Position numbers and translations under genes: made by a program. From Breznakia blatticola (GTDB lineage: Bacteria; Bacillota_I; Bacilli_A; Erysipelotrichales; Erysipelotrichaceae): a stretch of 12,014 nt of DNA. The notes beneath the pieces were generated by a model. That model did not search any database. It was not told the origin of the DNA and saw nothing but the letters and a program-made list of their open reading frames with translations. This document shows, piece by piece, positions 6,856 through 12,014 of this stretch. Positions within the stretch are counted from its first letter, which is position 1. Every line of letters starts with the position of its first letter. The stretch is from positions 1-12,014 of the forward strand of contig NZ_SODD01000056.1 in assembly GCF_004365815.1 (NCBI RefSeq), read 5' to 3'.

Positions 6856-6907
6856 CTTGCATGTATGTTATCCCTATTACATACATTTCTATCCCTTTAT
6901 AAACACA
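6856..6907. repeat. Intergenic repeat core, copy B (48/52 identical to 5569-5620)
   Basis: Sequence: CTTGCATGTATGTTATCCCTATTACATACATTTCTATCCCTTTATAAACACA. Here the internal stem extends to 8 bp (ATGTATGT/ACATACAT). Hairpins flank it at 6845-6858 (AAGGC-GAGA-GCCTT) and 6917-6938. Confidence 0.85.
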
Positions 6908-6912
6908 CACAG

Positions 6913-6942
6913 AAAAGAGCCACTCGAAAGAGTGGTTCTTTT
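6913..6942. terminator. Terminator-like hairpin (folds better as + strand RNA)
   Basis: GAGCCACTC (6917-6925), GAAA loop, GAGTGGTTC (6930-6938). As + RNA it gives 9 bp including one G.U and a GNRA loop; as - RNA it has an A.C mismatch. It is flanked by A4 and T4. Confidence 0.5.
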
Positions 6943-6955
6943 CTATCTTCCTTAC

Positions 6956-6983
6956 AAAAAAAGAAAAGCCCACCATGTGAGCT
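6956..6983 (-). terminator. Rho-independent terminator of the tag operon
   Basis: As - strand RNA: AGCUCAC-AUG-GUGGGCU (7-bp stem with one U.G, plus-strand coordinates 6967-6983), followed by UUUUCUUUUUUU (6956-6966). It starts 12 nt after the lipoprotein stop codon (6995-6997). Confidence 0.7.
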
Positions 6984-6994
6984 TAGTATATATG

Positions 6995-7444
6995 TTATGG
7001 GACAATTGGATCACAGTAGAAATTTTGATCAACTAAACGTTGACGCAATGCCTCTACATCTTTTACATCATCCTCTGTCAATGTAACATCAAATAAATGG
7101 AATGGATCATTTACATAATCATATCCATCAAGTTCCACAGTAATGATATGTTCTACCATTGCGCGATCAAGAACAATCTCAGAAGTAATTCCTGGATTTC
7201 GTAAGATTTTCTTTTCATATGCTTGGATTTCTTCTTTCTTTTGTTCAACCTTTGCTTCAAAGTCACCTTCAAAAATATATTGTCTAGAAATACGGACTTG
7301 AATAATATTTGAACCACGATATTTCACTTCATAGTTATTGGTCTTGTATGAACAGATCATCTTTTCACCTTCAATAAGGGCACAACTACTTGTAAATATG
7401 AGAAGGGCAATTACACATACGATACTACATAAACGTTTCATCAT
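6995..7444 (-). CDS. Small putative lipoprotein (149 aa), function unknown; possibly YehR/DUF1307-like
   Basis: N-terminus MMKRLCSIVCVIALLIFTSS|C fits the lipobox pattern ([LIVMF..][..]S-S-C, Cys21). The mature part is charged and soluble-looking. The start ATG overlaps the stop of the upstream tagB-like gene (ATGA, 7441-7444), and GGGAGG lies 7 nt upstream. The DUF1307 resemblance is a loose pattern impression only. Confidence 0.7.
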   Translation of the reverse strand: MMKRLCSIVCVIALLIFTSSCALIEGEKMICSYKTNNYEVKYRGSNIIQVRISRQYIFEGDFEAKVEQKKEEIQAYEKKILRNPGITSEIVLDRAMVEHIITVELDGYDYVNDPFHLFDVTLTEDDVKDVEALRQRLVDQNFYCDPIVP

Positions 7445-8562
7445 AGCTTACCTCCCATAATTTGATCAATTAATGCAACAACACGTTTGATTGATTTCCC
7501 ATCTTGATACGCAAAGAATTTATCACGAAATGCTTTTCGTTTTTCTTGATATTCATCTTCTGCTTGAATTGCATCTACTACAGCTTGTTCGCTTGTACAT
7601 ATCGCTCCTGGCATTTCTTGCTCATAATTTACAAAGAAACCAGGACTTTTTGCATACTCTTCAATATCTGGCACATAGAATACCATCTTCTTATCAAAGA
7701 CTGAAAAATCAAAGATAATTGCTGAATAATCAGATATTAAAACATCCGTAACTGAAAATAGTTTTTTGATACTCATTCCGTTGCAACAAATGACATGATG
7801 ATGCGTATCAATTGTTTTATCTGCAAGTAATGGATGCATCTTATATAAGATGACATACTCTTCACCAAGTTGTTCAATAATCTTATCTAAATTCACTTGA
7901 CCATCGCGAAAACCTTGCATGAGACGTCCACGGAACGTCGGCGCATAAAGTACTACCTTTTTTCCTTTCAACTCTGGATATTGCTTATACATCGCGTTGC
8001 GATCTTTTTCAATTTTACGTTTGTGAAACAAGCGATCTGTTTTTGGAATACCTGTCACCATGACTTGTTCTTCCTTTACATGAAATGCTTGTGCATATGG
8101 TTTTACAAAATACTCACAGTTACTAATGACATAATCATAGTTATTGATTTTGTAATCTCTATCTACCATATTCCCAAATTGTTTAATTGCTCCAGTAGCA
8201 TGCCAAAGTTGTAATACTTTGACTTCCTTACGTTTAAACTTACTAACAACATAGTTATTGTAATCAAGTAAAACAAGTGCACTTGAGTTAATCACAAACA
8301 ACTGCTTAATACACGTAAAGAAATATTGAATATTCCCCCATAGTGTTTTCTCAAATTTTGTGAGTAGATATGTTAAGTGATATTTATCCAACTCTGTCTC
8401 ATTTTCTTTTTCTAAGGCACGAGAAATCAAGCGAAAATCACCAGCAAGACTATCATGTTCCAAAGAAACAAAGGTAATCTTTTTTGGATCAACTTTTACA
8501 AAAACTAAAAAAAGGCGAAAAAAACTCAAAATAACATCAAGTATGATTTTCTTAAGTTTCAT
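7441..8562 (-). CDS. tagB: CDP-glycerol glycerophosphotransferase, TagB-like (Glyphos_transf family)
   Basis: VLQLWHATGAIKQFG resembles B. subtilis TagB IQVWHANGSLKKFG. VVLYAPTFRG, LISDYSAIIFDFS, the hydrophobic N-terminal helix and the 373-aa size are also TagB/TarB-like. The primase-versus-polymerase assignment is inferred from these motifs only. Confidence 0.8.
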   Translation of the reverse strand: MKLKKIILDVILSFFRLFLVFVKVDPKKITFVSLEHDSLAGDFRLISRALEKENETELDKYHLTYLLTKFEKTLWGNIQYFFTCIKQLFVINSSALVLLDYNNYVVSKFKRKEVKVLQLWHATGAIKQFGNMVDRDYKINNYDYVISNCEYFVKPYAQAFHVKEEQVMVTGIPKTDRLFHKRKIEKDRNAMYKQYPELKGKKVVLYAPTFRGRLMQGFRDGQVNLDKIIEQLGEEYVILYKMHPLLADKTIDTHHHVICCNGMSIKKLFSVTDVLISDYSAIIFDFSVFDKKMVFYVPDIEEYAKSPGFFVNYEQEMPGAICTSEQAVVDAIQAEDEYQEKRKAFRDKFFAYQDGKSIKRVVALIDQIMGGKL

Positions 8563-8597
8563 GTTATCACCTTCACTTTCTAATTTGTATGAATCGC

Positions 8598-9830
8598 TTA
8601 TTCAAATACAATATCCACAACACGATCACTTGCATGACCATCTTGAAGATTGTTGAATTCTTTATTAAAGCTTTCTAAACGAGAGTAATCATAGTTTCCT
8701 GCTTTTATTTTTGCAAGTAATTCATCTTCATCCTGAATAATATCTCCAGGTAATGTTTTGTGAATATCAAAGTAGAATCCACGTAACTCTTCAGCGTATT
8801 CCTGTAAATCAAACATATAAAAATACATTGGACGCTTTAGGTTTGCATAATCAAAGAATACACTTGAATAGTCAGTCACAAGTACATCTGCAATTACATA
8901 TAACTCATTAATGTCACGACCTGCGCGCACATTACGTAAGAATTCACGTAATTCTTCATCTTTCTTATATTTATTAATAATCAAGTAATGTGGTTTATAC
9001 AATAAGACATATTCTTCACCTAACACTTCTTTCCACTTATGGAAATCCGCTTGTAGTTCAAATGTATATCCACGCTCAGTATATGAATTATCACGCCATG
9101 TTGGTGCATAGAGCAATACTTTTTTTCCTTCTGGAATGTTGTACTTTTCTTTTAACGCTTGTACTTCTTCTTCACTTACATTTGTTAAATAATCATTTCT
9201 AGGATATCCTGTTTCAATTAAACGTTCACGATTGATGCGAAATGCACTTTGAAATACTTTCGTACTAAATGCATTTGGACTAATCATGTAGTTATATTTA
9301 CTTACATCATTATCGTATGTCGAAGCCATTTGATCAAAGTTCATACCACTACGGTAGTATGTAATCTCTTTATCCTTTGGTCGAACAATATCATGCGCTA
9401 AACGCTTTAATGGAGTTCCATGCCATGTTTGTAAATAGATTTGATTATCTTTCTTAATAATATGTTTTGGCATCTTACAATTAATAATCCAATATTTTGC
9501 TTTTGACATATAATAGAAATATTTCAACCCATTATAACGAACAATTTTCGCATTTGGAATTTTTGTAATCTTAAACTTTTTCACCGCCCAAACAAATGTA
9601 TAATTTTTGTATTTTGGATGATTCATTAAGTATTGATGAATTGCTTTTGGATTATCTGAATATCCTCTTCCGTGAAAGGAAATAAAGATCACTGTTTTAT
9701 CATCAACCTTAATTTTTTGGTACATATTTCGATATACAACTTTAGAAATACGTGTAATGATACGTCTTACAAAACGCATCACTTTTCGCAATCGTTTTCT
9801 AGTTTTCTTCTTAAACTTCTTTAGACTCAT
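8598..9830 (-). CDS. tagF: CDP-glycerol:poly(glycerophosphate) glycerophosphotransferase, TagF/TarF-like
   Basis: Motifs: GRGYSDNPKAIHQYL, LQTWHGTPLKRL (catalytic His motif), VLLYAPTWRDN, LVTDYSSVFFDY. The very basic N-terminus (MSLKKFKKKTRKRLRKVMRFVRR) fits a membrane-associating helix. The start overlaps the tagD 3' end by 20 nt, and AAGGAG lies 13 nt upstream, so the start codon is somewhat uncertain. Confidence 0.8.
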   Translation of the reverse strand: MSLKKFKKKTRKRLRKVMRFVRRIITRISKVVYRNMYQKIKVDDKTVIFISFHGRGYSDNPKAIHQYLMNHPKYKNYTFVWAVKKFKITKIPNAKIVRYNGLKYFYYMSKAKYWIINCKMPKHIIKKDNQIYLQTWHGTPLKRLAHDIVRPKDKEITYYRSGMNFDQMASTYDNDVSKYNYMISPNAFSTKVFQSAFRINRERLIETGYPRNDYLTNVSEEEVQALKEKYNIPEGKKVLLYAPTWRDNSYTERGYTFELQADFHKWKEVLGEEYVLLYKPHYLIINKYKKDEELREFLRNVRAGRDINELYVIADVLVTDYSSVFFDYANLKRPMYFYMFDLQEYAEELRGFYFDIHKTLPGDIIQDEDELLAKIKAGNYDYSRLESFNKEFNNLQDGHASDRVVDIVFE

Positions 9831-10233
9831 CGGTGTTTTCTGCTCCTTGTTTTAGTTGTGCTTTAATTTGCGTAGTCGAAATCCCTTCTGTACGCGGTAA
9901 ATAGACAACTTCACAATATGGTTTTAAATGGTCAAATTTACCTTCCCAGTCTTCCCCGATGACAAACACATCAATATCATATTTTTGAACATCTTCCACT
10001 TTCTGTTCCCAAGAATCTTCAAAAATAACTTCATCTACATATTTAATCGCTTCTACTATAGCAGCACGATCTGTATCTTTTACCTGACACTTTTTACCTT
10101 TTTCCACCCAGTTAAAACGGTCACTTGATACTGCGACAATTAAATAATCCCCTAATTCTTTAGCACGACGCAAGAGATTTAAATGTCCCACATGAAACAA
10201 ATCAAAGGTCCCATACGTAATTACTTTTTTCAT
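9811..10233 (-). CDS. tagD: Glycerol-3-phosphate cytidylyltransferase
   Basis: MKKVITYGTFDLFHVGHLNLLRRAKELGDYLIVAVS...VVYLPRTEGISTTQIK is near-colinear with B. subtilis TagD, including the HxGH and RTEGISTT motifs. The ATGA overlap with the tagH stop is at 10230-10233. Confidence 0.95.
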   Translation of the reverse strand: MKKVITYGTFDLFHVGHLNLLRRAKELGDYLIVAVSSDRFNWVEKGKKCQVKDTDRAAIVEAIKYVDEVIFEDSWEQKVEDVQKYDIDVFVIGEDWEGKFDHLKPYCEVVYLPRTEGISTTQIKAQLKQGAENTDESKEV

Positions 10234-11006
10234 TTGCTTGTCCTTTCTGCCATAATTTTAGCTTTAAACTTCTTTTGTTGGTCTTTACTTAATGCTTTAT
10301 ATTCTTCTACATAAACTTCATATGCATCAGCAACTTCATTAATCTTACCTTGCATTCGTAATTCTCCACCTTCAATCCAGATTCCTTCTTCGCAAAATTG
10401 GCGAACTTGGCTAATTGAATGCGAAATAAAGAAAATTGTTTTTCCTGAATCGCGTAGTTCAAACATCTTTTCCATACACTTTGCAGCAAAGGCTTTATCA
10501 CCTACAGATAAAGCTTCATCAACGATAAGTATTTCTGGATCAAGTGCAATCGATATTGAAAATCCTAGACGCGATTTCATTCCACTTGAATATTTTTTTA
10601 CTGGTTGGTAAATAAAGTCTCCAAGTTCTGCGAAGGCAATTACGTCTTCAATAATTGTATCGATGTGCTTTTTTGATAAACCTAAAAGCGCACCCTTCAT
10701 TTTAATATTCTCAATACCTGTTAGTTGGTCATTCATTCCTGCTTTAATTGCAATTAACGCTTGCTCTCCAACAATGGTAATTTTCCCACTTGTTGGATAT
10801 GAGATTTCTGCAAGAATATTGGATAGTGTACTTTTCCCACTTCCGTTGGTCCCTAAAATCCCAACAATACTTCCCTTTGTAACTGTAAAGTTAATATCTC
10901 GTAAGGCATAGAATTTCTTCTTATTACCAAACCATCTTTTTTTCTTGTCTTGTAGCGTATAGATTTTATCTACATGCTCAAAAGCAACAACAACTTCTTT
11001 TGCCAT
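10230..11006 (-). CDS. tagH: Teichoic-acid export ABC transporter, ATP-binding subunit (short TarH-type)
   Basis: Walker A GTNGSGKST, ABC signature YSSGMKSRLGFS, Walker B ILIVDEALSVGD, H-loop ISHS. Its position after tagG supports the call. The RBS GAGGTGA precedes the ATG. Confidence 0.9.
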   Translation of the reverse strand: MAKEVVVAFEHVDKIYTLQDKKKRWFGNKKKFYALRDINFTVTKGSIVGILGTNGSGKSTLSNILAEISYPTSGKITIVGEQALIAIKAGMNDQLTGIENIKMKGALLGLSKKHIDTIIEDVIAFAELGDFIYQPVKKYSSGMKSRLGFSISIALDPEILIVDEALSVGDKAFAAKCMEKMFELRDSGKTIFFISHSISQVRQFCEEGIWIEGGELRMQGKINEVADAYEVYVEEYKALSKDQQKKFKAKIMAERTSK

Positions 11007-11016
11007 ATTTCACCTC

Positions 11017-11862
11017 TTAAAGCATATCGATAAACTTATGTTTAAATTTGTACATTAGGATACTTCCAACGACGTACAAACCAACAACTACACACCAAAA
11101 GTACAGCGTTTGTGATGGATGCATGGTAACTGGATCTTGATAAAACAAGGATCCACGGTATCCTTCAATAATATAATATAGTGGGTTTAATTTAATAAAT
11201 GGTTCAAGTGAACGAACCAGTGAACTTGAACTTGCTAGTACATCTGTAATTGGCCATAAAATTGGTGATAAATACATCAACATACGCATACATGCAGAGA
11301 TTAGTTTTTTCACATCACGTGTAAACATGTTTAAAACACTAGTAACCATACCTAGTGAAATACATAAACATACCGCACAAAACATGTAATACAATACTTG
11401 TAGCCATAACATGTTTGGTTCATGTCCACGTAAAAGTAATAATACCAATACAACACCAATCATCACAATGTGGTTAAATAACTCTTTAAACACAACGGTT
11501 GCAGGTAATATGCTAATTGGAAATTTCATCTTTGTGATGATGTTTCGTTTTGCATAAATTGCATTACACCCTTTTGTAATACATGGGCTCACAAAAAACC
11601 ATACCGCAATTCCGACAACCATCCAAGGCAAGTAACTGATACCAACACCTGTTGGTGAAGTTGCTGGACTTCCTTTTCGCATGATCAATCCAAAAGCAAT
11701 CCAATATGTAAATATTTGAATTAGTGGATTAAATACACTCCAAAGAACACCAAGGCGTGATTCTCGATAATCGGCCAATGTCTCATATTTAGAAATCGAA
11801 AGTATTCGATTAAAATTTGTTAGATTTTCTTTTAAGACAAACCAGACACTTTTCATAGTCAT
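11017..11862 (-). CDS. tagG: Teichoic-acid export ABC transporter permease (ABC-2 type)
   Basis: The 281-aa protein has about six hydrophobic segments. The N-terminal YRESRLGVLWSVFNPL motif is typical of ABC-2/TagG permeases. It lies directly upstream of tagH with a 10-nt gap. Confidence 0.88.
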   Translation of the reverse strand: MTMKSVWFVLKENLTNFNRILSISKYETLADYRESRLGVLWSVFNPLIQIFTYWIAFGLIMRKGSPATSPTGVGISYLPWMVVGIAVWFFVSPCITKGCNAIYAKRNIITKMKFPISILPATVVFKELFNHIVMIGVVLVLLLLRGHEPNMLWLQVLYYMFCAVCLCISLGMVTSVLNMFTRDVKKLISACMRMLMYLSPILWPITDVLASSSSLVRSLEPFIKLNPLYYIIEGYRGSLFYQDPVTMHPSQTLYFWCVVVGLYVVGSILMYKFKHKFIDML

Positions 11863-11881
11863 ACCATCCTATATCCTTCTC

Positions 11882-11910
11882 ATTTTATACTATTTACGCA
11901 TGTTTTACAA
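11882..11910 (-). promoter_or_regulatory. Candidate sigma-A promoter of the tagGHD-tagF-tagB-lipoprotein operon
   Basis: On the - strand: TTGTAA (11905-11910), a 17-nt spacer, TAAAAT (11882-11887), within TAGTATAAAAT. It lies about 20 nt upstream of the tagG start. Confidence 0.5.
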
Positions 11911-12014
11911 TATTTCACGCCCGAGTTTAGAAGCTAAAAAACAACCATAATCATCATTTGCCTTTTGTTCATCGATTTATTTCGATGTTTTTTTGTCAAT
12001 ACTTTCACACTAAA

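Noticed and set aside
6590-7086. Intergenic ORFs 6590-6781 (-), 6776-7036 (+) and 6865-7086 (+)
   Set aside because: They run through the repeat core and both terminator hairpins, or into neighbouring genes. They lack Shine-Dalgarno sequences and translate to implausible His/Tyr/Leu-rich strings.
8494-8530. Two A7 homopolymer runs (read T7 on the coding strand) in the 5' end of the tagB-like gene, plus T7-T8 runs in the 1-486 leader, as possible phase-variation tracts
   Set aside because: Runs of 7-8 are common in AT-rich genomes and below the length usually associated with slipped-strand switching. The reading frame is intact.
3884-10911. Short + strand and off-frame ORFs nested in the - strand genes (3884-4159, 4005-4214, 4805-5014, 6117-6305, 6158-6364, 7491-7718, 7504-7704, 7897-8214, 8990-9202, 9928-10128, 10307-10501, 10663-10911)
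   Set aside because: Each overlaps a gene with strong family motifs on the other strand or frame. None has an RBS or a recognisable motif.
11970-11995. + strand hairpin CATCGA-TTTATT-TCGATG followed by T7, upstream of tagG
   Set aside because: The stem is only 6 bp and AT-poor in stability, and there is no + strand gene for it to terminate. It may belong to the upstream region beyond the window edge. Too weak to call.
1-12014. Search for a defence island, prophage, integrative element or toxin-antitoxin pair
   Set aside because: There are no integrase, transposase, recombinase, nuclease, helicase, methyltransferase or phage structural motifs in any frame. I saw no obvious tRNA-like sequence or attachment-site pair, apart from the 52-nt repeats around mutY. 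All long ORFs have housekeeping or cell-envelope assignments.

Overview
AT-rich segment that looks like ordinary chromosome from a low-GC Gram-positive (Bacillota-like) organism; the taxon is a guess from codon usage and gene content. One + strand gene (487..3573) encodes a 1028-aa secreted surface protein. It has a signal peptide, an uncharacterised N-terminal domain of about 510 aa with a glycoside-hydrolase-like DGFILDTFDG motif, six FIVAR-like repeats (five of 65 aa, one of 71 aa), an N/S/T-rich stalk and a C-terminal sorting-signal-like anchor. It converges on nine - strand genes: a GNAT-DUF952 fusion, a DegV/FakB-like protein, MutY, and a tightly packed glycerol-phosphate wall-teichoic-acid operon (tagG, tagH, tagD, tagF-like, tagB-like, then a translationally coupled small lipoprotein). 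I see no transposase, integrase, CRISPR array, tRNA/rRNA or recognisable defence gene, and I cannot point to a clear novel multi-gene system. Four things merit a second look. (1) Two 52-nt intergenic cores, 48/52 identical, sit in direct orientation on either side of mutY, each flanked by hairpins at matching positions but with different sequences. (2) The GNAT-DUF952 fusion is co-transcribed with degV. (3) The surface protein has an unassigned N-terminal domain and a non-LPXTG (APNTA) sorting motif. (4) A small lipoprotein is coupled to the end of the tag operon. All family assignments come from motif recognition by eye; no searches were run.
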